The notes under the pieces: model-generated
Databases searched by the model: none
Told to the model about the DNA's origin: nothing
What the model saw: the letters and a program-made list of their open reading frames with translations, nothing else
Source of the DNA: an uncultured candidate division WWE3 bacterium
GTDB lineage: Bacteria > Patescibacteriota > WWE3 > UBA101185 > UBA10185
Direction: 5' to 3'
Assembly: GCA_963765125.1 (NCBI GenBank)
Contig: CAVXUZ010000005.1
Coordinates: forward strand, 33,596 to 97,595
DNA: 64,000 nt
Translations under genes and position numbers: made by a program
In this document: positions 40,272 through 49,371 of the stretch, in pieces
Layout of the letters: every line of letters starts with the position of its first letter
How positions within the stretch are numbered: position 1 is the stretch's first letter

Positions 40272-40802
40272 ATGCCCGTTAAAGATTACATACAAAAGAA
40301 AAAATTCTCCGTCACCATACTTCTGATAGTTATTGTTGTAACACTAATTACTGTAGGTTTCGTAATGCCGCTCATCACCAACCCAGAAAAAAAAGTTGCT
40401 AAAGATACAAAGACAACGCAAGTTGGAAAACTAGACGCAAACATGTTGCCATCAGAATTTGTAAAAGCGTTTTCAGAAGGGTCAATGTATTTTAAAAATT
40501 GGAACTGGCATGACAAAATGGTGCAAGTCATAATTACAGACTCAAGCGTTAGTGAAGATTCGATGGCAGGCTACATCAGAAACCTAACTGATAAATTTCC
40601 TGACAGAGAAAACAGAAGATTTTTTAACTCGTGCACGCCTGAACAAACTTTTGCTGTGTCTAACGTCAACCCAACTAAAAGCGTTTTAGCAAAAGGTTTT
40701 GGTTTAGTGAGCCGTGCCTCTGCGGGAGACATCTTATATACGTACTGTCTTGACGAAAACTGTGTAAACCTCGGCAAGAGCTGCGTGCTGATTGAATTTT
40801 AA
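40272..40802 (+). CDS. Membrane-anchored Cys-motif protein, family A copy 3
   Basis: N-terminal TM; YFKNWNW; GDILYTYCLDENCVNLGKSCVLIEF. Confidence 0.8.
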   Translation: MPVKDYIQKKKFSVTILLIVIVVTLITVGFVMPLITNPEKKVAKDTKTTQVGKLDANMLPSEFVKAFSEGSMYFKNWNWHDKMVQVIITDSSVSEDSMAGYIRNLTDKFPDRENRRFFNSCTPEQTFAVSNVNPTKSVLAKGFGLVSRASAGDILYTYCLDENCVNLGKSCVLIEF

Positions 40803-40865
40803 ATAATCCCCTACTTTATGTTTTTTGGTTTGGTGATTTTTTTTGCGTCGGTGGATAACCGATAG

Positions 40866-40902
40866 CCTATAGTTGATTTTTATGCTGAAAATGTGAGTTA
40901 AT
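40866..40902 (+). promoter_or_regulatory. Shared promoter-like motif, copy 2
   Basis: CCTATAG-TTGATT-...-TGA-GTTAAT. Confidence 0.6.
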
Positions 40903-40948
40903 CCTTATCAATTGTATGTGCTCAGTCAATACCGCAAAGGAGGTACAA

Positions 40949-41386
40949 ATGGCTGTTAAGAATGGCTCGGCTGTATTTGTTGTTGTGAGCGTTTTATTAC
41001 TGGTTATGGTACTTGTAGTGACGATTGTTTATATAACATTAAAACTTACTGCACCGATTGAGTTAAGGAGCTTTACGGACGTAACTGACAAAGTTATCTC
41101 TGGAGAGATTGTTTGCGCCCCATTGGGAGACGCGCAGTTAGAAAGAACAAGACTTGGTCTAAAATCAGGTCGCACCACTATAGTAAATCAACTCTACCCG
41201 AGTCATAACGTGTCAGTGGCATGTTCCTTTCTTGTGGTGCTCGAGTCAGCTAATCCAGAAGTAGTTACGATCGTTTATTACAAAAAAGGTGGAGTTAGGG
41301 TAGTGGAGAGGGTTTTAATAGACCCGCGGAATGCAGCGCAACTCTGGAAAAATGCTAAACCGGTAAATGGTAACTTAAATTTATAA
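40949..41386 (+). CDS. Exported/anchored hypothetical protein, family B copy 1
   Basis: SD GGAGG before ATG 40949; TM; VISGEIVC...C.FLVV...VYY...LWK. Confidence 0.75.
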   Translation: MAVKNGSAVFVVVSVLLLVMVLVVTIVYITLKLTAPIELRSFTDVTDKVISGEIVCAPLGDAQLERTRLGLKSGRTTIVNQLYPSHNVSVACSFLVVLESANPEVVTIVYYKKGGVRVVERVLIDPRNAAQLWKNAKPVNGNLNL

Positions 41387-41464
41387 ATTGTAGATTTGTT
41401 AGTCCCCATCTCTTTCACCAAGATGTGGGGATTTAATTTGTTTGATAGCCCAACACAAATAGTA

Positions 41465-41500
41465 CCTATAGTTGCACTTAGCAAAGATTTATGAGTAAAT
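41465..41500 (+). promoter_or_regulatory. Shared promoter-like motif, copy 3
   Basis: CCTATAG-TTGCAC-...-TGA-GTAAAT. Confidence 0.6.
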
Positions 41501-41547
41501 AGCATCAAGATAAATCCGTATATTCCACATCAAGGAAGGAGGGAAGA

Positions 41548-42099
41548 GTGGCTACAAATAACAACTTTAGTAAGGTTGTAGTTTTAATGCTTGCTGTGCT
41601 ACTGGTTGCTGTTTCAGGTTGTAATGAGACTCAGGCAAGTGTTTCACCGACCGTTGAACCAACTCTGGCACCAACGATCGTGATTAAAAATATTGCTACA
41701 ACGACGCTGCCACCAACTACCAAGCCCACGTTAGTACCAACACCTTCGGAGGAACTTGGGTCAACATCAACACCAATAGCTGTAGTAGAAATTAGATCAC
41801 TAGATGAATTGATTACTACTGTTAATAATGAAGTTATTGCTGGTGCACCCATCTGTGGAACACCCAAACTTGGGGATTCAGGAGTAACGTTATCTAACGG
41901 TTTTAAGTACTTAAGCTTAAAAACAAAAGTGTTTCCGGATTTAGAAAAAATACTTTGCCAGTACCTTATTATTATGCCAAATGAGCATACTCCAACTGTT
42001 ACAGCAGTATATTTAAGAGATGGTGTGTACCTACTTGAAAATGTAAAGATCGAAAAGAGCCTATTAAATGATTTTTGGAAAAAAGGTTTAACTGAGTAG
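41548..42099 (+). CDS. Putative lipoprotein, family B copy 2
   Basis: Lipobox-like AVSG|C; P/T linker; VIAGAPICG.P...C.YLII...VYL...FWK. Confidence 0.75.
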   Translation: MATNNNFSKVVVLMLAVLLVAVSGCNETQASVSPTVEPTLAPTIVIKNIATTTLPPTTKPTLVPTPSEELGSTSTPIAVVEIRSLDELITTVNNEVIAGAPICGTPKLGDSGVTLSNGFKYLSLKTKVFPDLEKILCQYLIIMPNEHTPTVTAVYLRDGVYLLENVKIEKSLLNDFWKKGLTE

Positions 42100-42178
42100 T
42101 AAACACCTAAGTCGCAATCAAACCCCACCTTACTTTTTAAGAAGATGGGGTATTTTTTTAAAAAGCATTTTAACATGC

Positions 42179-42214
42179 CCTATAGTTGCAAATTTACCTA
42201 AAATATGAGTAAAT
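42179..42214 (+). promoter_or_regulatory. Shared promoter-like motif, copy 4
   Basis: CCTATAG-TTGCAA-...-TGA-GTAAAT. Confidence 0.6.
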
Positions 42215-42260
42215 AACAACAGAACAAATCAACGCAAACAATACCATAAAGGAGGTACAA

Positions 42261-42764
42261 ATGAATGCGAAAAATAACCACACTAAGGTTATGGTTGTTG
42301 TTATTGTTATAGTAGCAATACTGGTCATGGGTTATACCACAGCAGACGCAGGGTATCTTCTGACAGGAAAAAATACTCTGGGATCCAAGGTTGCGCGGAG
42401 CTCAGTGTCGTCTTCGATGGCTGATTCCACCTTGATGTTCTTGCCAATATCCCTAGACGAGAAAATTGATTCTATCGCAGAAGATGTAATTGCTGGAAAG
42501 ACAGTATGCGGTGATCCAGGAGCTGACTTAACAGCCATGAAGTTTGACTCTGGATACAGATACGTAAGATGGCATGTAACAAAGTTTCCGGAGTACAAAC
42601 AGGTGATGTGTAAACTCATTGTTGTGCTACCGTCAGAAAAGTCGTCCACTGTTTTTGTTGTATATTTAAACAACGGCGATTACACGGTTAGTGAGGCCCT
42701 TGTTGATTCCAAAATACTTAAATCTTTTTGGAAAAGAAGTCTATTGATAACCACAGAATCTTGA
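42261..42764 (+). CDS. Exported hypothetical protein, family B copy 3
   Basis: Signal peptide; VIAGKTVCG.P...C.LIVV...VYL...FWK. Confidence 0.75.
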   Translation: MNAKNNHTKVMVVVIVIVAILVMGYTTADAGYLLTGKNTLGSKVARSSVSSSMADSTLMFLPISLDEKIDSIAEDVIAGKTVCGDPGADLTAMKFDSGYRYVRWHVTKFPEYKQVMCKLIVVLPSEKSSTVFVVYLNNGDYTVSEALVDSKILKSFWKRSLLITTES

Positions 42765-42811
42765 TAGGAGATCCCCACTTCAATTTTATTGGACTGGGGA
42801 TTTACTTTATG

Positions 42812-42840
42812 TTGACATAGGTGAACAATAATTACATAAT
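42812..42840 (+). promoter_or_regulatory. Canonical sigma70 promoter, probably leaderless transcript
   Basis: TTGACA-N17-CATAAT, 6 nt before the GTG start at 42847. Confidence 0.6.
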
Positions 42841-42846
42841 TTTACT

Positions 42847-43575
42847 GTGATGAATGTATTGCCCAAAAGAAACGCCATCCTGGTAAGTGTAATTATAATC
42901 TTGTTTACTCTAACGCTATTATCCATCGTGCCGTACTTAACGTTAAGAAGCTACATCAAAAGAAATGTTGATAAAAATATAGAATATGTGTTTTACGTTG
43001 AGGTAGAAGATTCATTAAAAAATTCAAAATATCCAAATCTTGCGACTTGGTACCTAAGTAAGGTACAGAACTTTTATAAAGCAGTACTTAATAGGGAGTT
43101 TCTTGTAGAGCTACCTGATTATAATACTGTTTTTCAAGCCTACGACTACACCGAATACCCAGCTGTATTTTTGGTCAAGAATTATGACTTACCAACAGAC
43201 GAGATAAGTATTGAATTTGTAATGCCCACTGATTTTGCTGAATTTACAGCAGTAGCAAAGTTGAACTGCGGTAAGGCAACAACGCGTGCTGGTGTATACA
43301 GTGCTAGCCAGCAAACCGAGAAATGGGCAATACTCAAGGAGTTACGACAGAGTAATCTTAGCGAAGAAGACAGGTTTACTTTGATTGGTAAATTATATCG
43401 CGCAATTCCGTTTGAAGAACAGCTATCAGTGGAAAATGGTGTTGGCCAGACAATTCAGGAGATGCTGGAGCGATCAGAAATAACACAGGACAAAAGGCAG
43501 CTAAAATTGGTAACAACTTGTAGAGAGGACCAGTGTGACAATACCTCTGAGCAATGTATTCTGTACATTCAATAA
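42847..43575 (+). CDS. Membrane-anchored Cys-motif protein, divergent family A copy 4
   Basis: N-terminal TM; mid LNCG; C-terminal LVTTCREDQCDNTSEQCILYIQ with the same C-x4-C-x6-C spacing. Confidence 0.7.
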   Translation: MMNVLPKRNAILVSVIIILFTLTLLSIVPYLTLRSYIKRNVDKNIEYVFYVEVEDSLKNSKYPNLATWYLSKVQNFYKAVLNREFLVELPDYNTVFQAYDYTEYPAVFLVKNYDLPTDEISIEFVMPTDFAEFTAVAKLNCGKATTRAGVYSASQQTEKWAILKELRQSNLSEEDRFTLIGKLYRAIPFEEQLSVENGVGQTIQEMLERSEITQDKRQLKLVTTCREDQCDNTSEQCILYIQ

Positions 43576-43577
43576 AT

Positions 43578-45761
43578 ATGAAAATTAATAAAAACTATAC
43601 TAATAAGAGTGCCTTACCTTTTGTAGCGTCATTGTTTCTTGCGTGTGTTATTTTGTTTAGTCCTGTTGCCGATGCAAAAATTTACAATCCTAAACCAAAA
43701 CCTGGAAAATATATTAACTGGGACAGAGTTTACAAAGAGAGAATAAATAAAATTCATGAGAAGGATGCCAAGATGGCGGCGACTTACGCAAGACTGGCAG
43801 CTAAAAACCCAGATAAGCTGAGAGATTTAATCGATACATGGGCAGCAAACAAAGGTATTACTCATGATCAGTTTAATGTCTGGGAGGTAAAGAATCTTTA
43901 TTCAATAATCTCGGGAGGAAGCGTTGTCCTTGGTAGCTTTGGGCCGTCTGCGGACTATGAGTTTATTGTCAGCGATGACGGCACAAAGATGTATTGGAGT
44001 GACGCCACCGGCGGTTATACAAGTATAACTGTACCTGCGCGTTACACTACAGTATCAGGTCAGTATGCGTCATATAATTCATCAACTGGTGTTGTTTGTT
44101 ACAGTTGGATTGGTTGTACTATACCAACTACCGCATCTAATGGAAATACAAACAATGGATGTAGTGGGCTACCTACGGCGCCACCACTTGTTAGTCCCCT
44201 CAACGGTGCAACAATCTTTGAGAATAAAACGATTAGTTTTCAGTGGGGTGCACCCACTGGGTGGGGTACAAACTGTCCAACTCATGTATATAGGCTACAA
44301 GTTGACGACGAAAACACGTTTAGTGAGCCTTCTGCTTTAGATTCTGGTTTTGATGGTAGTACAACCTCAACGACAGCAGATTTTACTTTAAATAAAGAGT
44401 ACTTTTGGAAAGTTCAAGCTTGTAACGCAAAAGGATGCACCCCCTCTGTAACAAGATCATTCATACTTGGTTGCGGTATCGCTCCAGGAGTTGCATCAAA
44501 CCCAACACCTTCAGACGGTGCAATAGATGTAGTTATTGCACCAACACTGTCTTGGGATGGTCCATCCGATTGGGGCTCAGCATGCGGTATGGATAACAAT
44601 AATACATTTACGGTATACGGTCAGGTTAAAAATGGACTGTGTGAAACTCCAGGCCCAGGTTATTCTGCAATTCCAACTTGTACAAACCTCTCTGAAGCAT
44701 CAACATCTTGTGTAGATCCATTCTTTAACACTCGAAGCACACCATATTGCTGGTATGTAGGAACAAACAATGGAACAGAAAGTAATACGTCAGCAGCAAC
44801 AGCTGACCAAGTATGGGAGTTTAGAACTGAAGACCCCCTTCTCTTTGAAAACTGGGTAACCACACTTTTTGGTGATTTTTATGCAGATACTCTTGCAGAA
44901 CAATATCCTAAATCAGCAAACTACGCATCCCCTTGGAATCCTCCATATGCAGCATATGAAAAAGAACCTACCTCCTCTGATGAGCCAAACGTAGCACTTA
45001 TCACAAGCAATGATACGGATATAACAAATGATAATGGTGCTAATGAATACAATCCCGGATCTCAATCAAATCTATCAGTTGAATTTGCTAACTTTGAAGA
45101 AACATGGCCTGCAAGCTACCGCGGTACTCCCCCAGCTTCAGCTATTAATTTACCTTTAAATGGAGGCTCTTGTTCAGATATCTTCACAGGTAGTACAAAG
45201 CTTGATCCTTACGAAGTATATGAAGCTGATGCAAGCTGTATGTCAGAAGCAATCAATGCAGTTGATGGTAACCCCAATGGCTATTCACTAGCCTCAGACG
45301 GTTATACAGTTATCTTTGTTACAGGAAGCACAAACCTTGAAATAGACAGTCCATTTACCACATCAAATGATGATTACCGTGTGGTATTTGTTACTGGACC
45401 TAATGTTTCAGTACAGATAGATAGAAACTTAAAGTTAGCAACCGATCCTGATTTTAACAGTGAGCCTTTAATTGAAGCTGCCTTTATCGTTACCAAAGAC
45501 TTAACCATTGAGGGTGCTGCTAACGATTCATCTATAGACCTAACTACTGATCCAGATGGTTCAATTATGGTTGAGGGTCCACTTATCGCAAGAACAGTAA
45601 ACTTTAACAGAAACAGAGGGTTAACTAATCAATATCCATCAGAGATTGTTAAATACAATCCTAACTACATATATAACCTAACAGAACAAGAAAGAACCTC
45701 TCTAAAAAACAATGACTCAGGTCTGTTTGTTGTTGATGTTACTTGGATTAGCGACGAATGA
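43578..45761 (+). CDS. Large secreted adhesin-like protein 2 (different head, same C-terminal modules)
   Basis: Signal peptide (PVADA|K); C-terminal ~500 aa paralogous to 37848..40097; likely start ATG 43578. Confidence 0.75.
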   Translation: MKINKNYTNKSALPFVASLFLACVILFSPVADAKIYNPKPKPGKYINWDRVYKERINKIHEKDAKMAATYARLAAKNPDKLRDLIDTWAANKGITHDQFNVWEVKNLYSIISGGSVVLGSFGPSADYEFIVSDDGTKMYWSDATGGYTSITVPARYTTVSGQYASYNSSTGVVCYSWIGCTIPTTASNGNTNNGCSGLPTAPPLVSPLNGATIFENKTISFQWGAPTGWGTNCPTHVYRLQVDDENTFSEPSALDSGFDGSTTSTTADFTLNKEYFWKVQACNAKGCTPSVTRSFILGCGIAPGVASNPTPSDGAIDVVIAPTLSWDGPSDWGSACGMDNNNTFTVYGQVKNGLCETPGPGYSAIPTCTNLSEASTSCVDPFFNTRSTPYCWYVGTNNGTESNTSAATADQVWEFRTEDPLLFENWVTTLFGDFYADTLAEQYPKSANYASPWNPPYAAYEKEPTSSDEPNVALITSNDTDITNDNGANEYNPGSQSNLSVEFANFEETWPASYRGTPPASAINLPLNGGSCSDIFTGSTKLDPYEVYEADASCMSEAINAVDGNPNGYSLASDGYTVIFVTGSTNLEIDSPFTTSNDDYRVVFVTGPNVSVQIDRNLKLATDPDFNSEPLIEAAFIVTKDLTIEGAANDSSIDLTTDPDGSIMVEGPLIARTVNFNRNRGLTNQYPSEIVKYNPNYIYNLTEQERTSLKNNDSGLFVVDVTWISDE
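44931..45714 (+). repeat. 784-bp near-identical direct repeat, copy 2
   Basis: Matches 39267..40050. Confidence 0.95.
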
Positions 45762-45974
45762 TTAGATCTGTAAAAGGATTGTTTGAAAACAGTAGATTTG
45801 GGTTGTTGTTTGTGATTGTATTTTTTATGGTGTCGATGTTTGTTGCCTACTACATTGCACCATTAATTATGCAAAGTGTGTTTGCAAGATAGGAGTTTAT
45901 ATCTGCTAGTATAAGTGCAAAGTAACAAATTGTTTGTGCTATACTAAAAAGGTATAGGAATAAGGCTGCTCAGT

Positions 45975-46841
45975 ATGATAAAAAAATACAATACTGCTCT
46001 AAAAGAATCAGAAAAAGGACAAGCGTTGCTTTTTGTTGTAGTCGCTATGACAATTGCTTTGTCTATTGGAATTAATTCAAGTGTCAGAACACTTACCTCC
46101 CTGTCAAGAACTTCAAGATCAGACACGGCCTCAAGAGCTTTAGCTGCAGCAGAGGGCGGCATTGAGAGATATCTTGCACTCTCTACAACCGAACTAGAGA
46201 GTACGATTACTGGCAATTGCGCAGCAGGAACTTATGATCAAACAGCAGAAGCTTGCCTGATAGAGTTTGATGCTTCTTCTGATGCAATTGTTTCTCAAGC
46301 TCACGTTACTGTGCAAAGATACGAACCAGATTTCTATCCCTTTGATTTAGAGAGTGGCCAAGTTAAAGAAGTGAATCTTTATGATTACAACAGCGGTAAT
46401 CATTACGGTGCTTCTACTGTCGAAGTTTGTTGGAATTCAAAACCACAATCAGAGTTAATGTATATTGCATACAAAGACTCCGGTATTAGTGCTCGTGGTG
46501 GTCTTACCGGTTCAAACGCACCAGATGCTCCTTACAGCAGCAAAGGTTTTGAAAGCGCAGGACCGGGCAGAGACGGATACGCTAACTGCAAAACTATAGA
46601 TATAACTAATGATGTTTACGGGCTGAGAATTAGATCTGTTGGTGATGCTTCTAGCGTTGCAGTGTTCCCTACCGGCAATGAGAGACTCCCTCTTCAAGGT
46701 TATACAATTAAATCTATTGGAAGAATACAACAGGACCAAGGCGTTACCGCTACGAGAACAATTAGCATTATAAGAAGTCTAGCTTATCTCCCTGTAAGCT
46801 TTGACTATGCGTTATATTCAGAGGGCTCGATTACTAAATAA
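45975..46841 (+). CDS. PilX-like minor pilin 1
   Basis: EKG|QALLFVVV (no Glu5), ALAAAEGGIE PilX motif, I.S.G, FDYALY. Confidence 0.8.
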   Translation: MIKKYNTALKESEKGQALLFVVVAMTIALSIGINSSVRTLTSLSRTSRSDTASRALAAAEGGIERYLALSTTELESTITGNCAAGTYDQTAEACLIEFDASSDAIVSQAHVTVQRYEPDFYPFDLESGQVKEVNLYDYNSGNHYGASTVEVCWNSKPQSELMYIAYKDSGISARGGLTGSNAPDAPYSSKGFESAGPGRDGYANCKTIDITNDVYGLRIRSVGDASSVAVFPTGNERLPLQGYTIKSIGRIQQDQGVTATRTISIIRSLAYLPVSFDYALYSEGSITK

Positions 46842-46848
46842 TCTGACC

Positions 46849-47298
46849 ATGCCCAAAAATCAATATCTAAAAACACAAAGTGCCTTTACGCTAATCGAAC
46901 TGTTAATTGTTATTTCTGTTGTTGGCATATTATCCGGAGTTTTGGTAAATGTTATAGATTCGAAAGGTCAAAAAAATAAAGCACTAGACAGTGTTCATCG
47001 AAAAGACATAAACGATTTAGCAGTTTCAATCGAGTCTTACAGGACAGCAGAAGGTTCATACCCCGATGAGGGAACAGAAAACAACCCTCTTGACCCCAGC
47101 GCGTCTACGAGAAATACTGCCGCGGTTTATATAACAGAGTGGCCAGTGGGTGTTATTTATATAAAAAACGATCCTGATTTTGCAATTTATATTCAAAAAG
47201 AAGCTGATACAAATTTTATAAAGTATAATTCGGTGTGGAGAGAATTCAGAGAGTGCGCTGATACAACAAATCCAACCAGTATTACCGACTGTGATTAA
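46849..47298 (+). CDS. Type IV pilin-like protein
   Basis: A|FTLIELLIVISVVGIL. Confidence 0.85.
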   Translation: MPKNQYLKTQSAFTLIELLIVISVVGILSGVLVNVIDSKGQKNKALDSVHRKDINDLAVSIESYRTAEGSYPDEGTENNPLDPSASTRNTAAVYITEWPVGVIYIKNDPDFAIYIQKEADTNFIKYNSVWREFRECADTTNPTSITDCD

Positions 47299-47734
47299 AA
47301 AAGAATTCGGATTTACCTTAATAGAACTGCTCGTAGTTGTCTCCGTTATTGGAGTTCTCGTGGGAGTAACTGTAAATGTTATTGATGGAAGAAGGCAAAA
47401 GGCAGTTGCGCAAGATTCTGCTAAAAAAACTAATTTAGAAAAAGTGTGTGCAGGTTTACAAGCTTACTATCAAGGTGAAGATTCATATCCGGCTGAAGGT
47501 GACGTAAATGTACCTCTTCATAGTACTGCAGCAACCGCGTCGACTTTAGCTTTTTATATTAATTCTTGGCCTGATGGTTTTATATACAACGTTAACGGGA
47601 ATGACTTTTCAATTCATGTGCAAAAGTCTGTTGATGAAAACTTTTTTAAATGCGGTACTGCTTGGAGAACTGTTCAAGAATGTGCAAGTACTACAGATGC
47701 CAATGATGTAAGTAGTTGCAATCCAATTCCCTAA
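47291..47734 (+). CDS. Type IV pilin-like protein (paralog of the preceding gene)
   Basis: G|FTLIELLVVVSVIG; shared SYP.EG...YI..WP.G..Y...W...EC. Confidence 0.87.
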   Translation: MIKKEFGFTLIELLVVVSVIGVLVGVTVNVIDGRRQKAVAQDSAKKTNLEKVCAGLQAYYQGEDSYPAEGDVNVPLHSTAATASTLAFYINSWPDGFIYNVNGNDFSIHVQKSVDENFFKCGTAWRTVQECASTTDANDVSSCNPIP

Positions 47735-47790
47735 AGAATATTTCACTCTCCTACCTTGACACCGCAACGCTAAAATCTCATACTTAATCT

Positions 47791-48315
47791 ATGCCCTCAC
47801 ACCTTAAAAATAAAAAATCAGCAGGTTTTACTTTAATAGAGTTATTAGTTGTTATTTTGGTGATTGGCGCACTTAGTGGTGTGCTTTTAAGCGTGATTAA
47901 TAGCTCAGGCATAAGAGGAAAAGCTAGAGATTCTCAAAGAAAAGCAGATGTTAAAAAAATACAAACAGCTCTAGAATTATACTTTTCGGACAATAGAACT
48001 TACCCTGTTAGCGACGATGGCGGAGGTGCAGGATCTTGGGAGCTTGTAGGTGCAGGTGCATTGGGAGCGTTTCTTTCGCCAGATTATATTGACCCACTCC
48101 CGCAAGACCCCAAAAAAGAGGTTTCAACTGATTCCGACCCTTGTTCAAACCCAACTGTTCCTAGATATAATTATCGCTCAGACGGCGCATACTATTTCTT
48201 AACAGCGATCATGGAAGTTGAAACATCTAACGATGATGGCGAGTGTGGCTCAGTCATTGGTTGTGCGGCAGGGTACGCCTCAGAAAATTTCTGCTATTAT
48301 GCCAGAAATCCATAA
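47791..48315 (+). CDS. GspG-like type IV pilin
   Basis: G|FTLIELLVVIL, KARDSQRKADVKKIQTALELY, LPQDP. Confidence 0.87.
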   Translation: MPSHLKNKKSAGFTLIELLVVILVIGALSGVLLSVINSSGIRGKARDSQRKADVKKIQTALELYFSDNRTYPVSDDGGGAGSWELVGAGALGAFLSPDYIDPLPQDPKKEVSTDSDPCSNPTVPRYNYRSDGAYYFLTAIMEVETSNDDGECGSVIGCAAGYASENFCYYARNP

Positions 48316-48799
48316 GCCTAAAAATTTAAAAGGAATGACTTTGATTGAGATTGTTCTTGCTGTTGCAGTTATTCTCATTATTTCGGGAGCAGGACTACTG
48401 GCTATTAATCCAGCTGAGAAAAGGGCAAATGCGAGAGACACCGTAAGAATTAGTGATATAGAAACAATCGAGAGGGCAGTTCAGGAATATTTGATGGATA
48501 ACGGCAGCTATCCTGACCTGGCGGGTACTATAAGAGAAAGCGTCACCCTCCCAACAGGAAATACGTCATTAGATAATTCAGCGTCTGGTTGGATTGATAC
48601 CGACCTCTCTAAATATATGTCGAGAATGCCGATCGATCCTATTAATGACGCCACTTATAAGTACAGTTATTACCACACCACTAGCACTTACGAGATTAAC
48701 GCAGTTTTAGAAGACATTACTAACCTAATGTTAGACGACGGTGGAAATGACGCAAATGTTTACGAAGTAGGAAACGATTTAACATTAATCTCGCCATAA
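48299..48799 (+). CDS. Type IV pilin-like protein (major-pilin paralog)
   Basis: KG|MTLIEIVL, AINP..ARD, P.DP.N, YEINAVLE, DGG...YEVG.DL; start ATG 48299. Confidence 0.85.
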   Translation: MPEIHKPKNLKGMTLIEIVLAVAVILIISGAGLLAINPAEKRANARDTVRISDIETIERAVQEYLMDNGSYPDLAGTIRESVTLPTGNTSLDNSASGWIDTDLSKYMSRMPIDPINDATYKYSYYHTTSTYEINAVLEDITNLMLDDGGNDANVYEVGNDLTLISP

Positions 48800-48825
48800 A
48801 AAAGTATAAGTGTTAGAATTTTAGT

Positions 48826-49371
48826 ATGAGAACTGCCCAAAACTCTCTTTTTCACGGATTTACCCTAATTGAGCTTTTAATAACCATTTCTATTATTACG
48901 ATTATTACAGGCGCGTCATTACCAAGCTTTAATTCTTATATTAAAAATCAAAATGTAAAACAGTCACAAGAAAAAGTAAAAGATGATTTACGAACAGTAC
49001 AAAATAGAGCGTTAAATGGTCAAGACGCAGAAGTGCTACTAAGTGGTAACAAAGTAAATTATTGGGGAATTGAATTTGCTCAAGGAGAGGCCGCCTATAC
49101 ATATTTTATTTCTACAGATACTTCGTCATGTGGACCTGCCGCCAATCGACAAGATTTTAGAGTTAGTGAAATACTCCCTGGCGACAACGTAGTGAGAAGC
49201 GAGGATGGCTGTGTTTTTTTTAGTTTTGAAAATGGTGATGCTTTTTTCTCACCGGCCCCGGCAGACACAATTATTATCGGCCCCCCTACCGGAAGTACAG
49301 GGTGTAAAAGGCTTGAAGTTACCCCTGTCGGGTTAATACAAGCAATAACAAACAATGATTTATGTACGTAA
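48826..49371 (+). CDS. FimT/GspH-like minor pilin
   Basis: G|FTLIELLITISI...PSF. Confidence 0.8.
   Translation: MRTAQNSLFHGFTLIELLITISIITIITGASLPSFNSYIKNQNVKQSQEKVKDDLRTVQNRALNGQDAEVLLSGNKVNYWGIEFAQGEAAYTYFISTDTSSCGPAANRQDFRVSEILPGDNVVRSEDGCVFFSFENGDAFFSPAPADTIIIGPPTGSTGCKRLEVTPVGLIQAITNNDLCT

Noticed and set aside
40806-42803. Integron cassette array
   Set aside because: The intergenic hairpins lack attC RYYYAAC/GTTRRRY ends and look like terminators; the tyrosine recombinase is 21 kb away and is Xer-like.
39267-45714. Diversity-generating retroelement TR/VR pair
   Set aside because: No reverse transcriptase in the window; the repeat is too long, both copies are coding, and the noticed differences are not at adenines.
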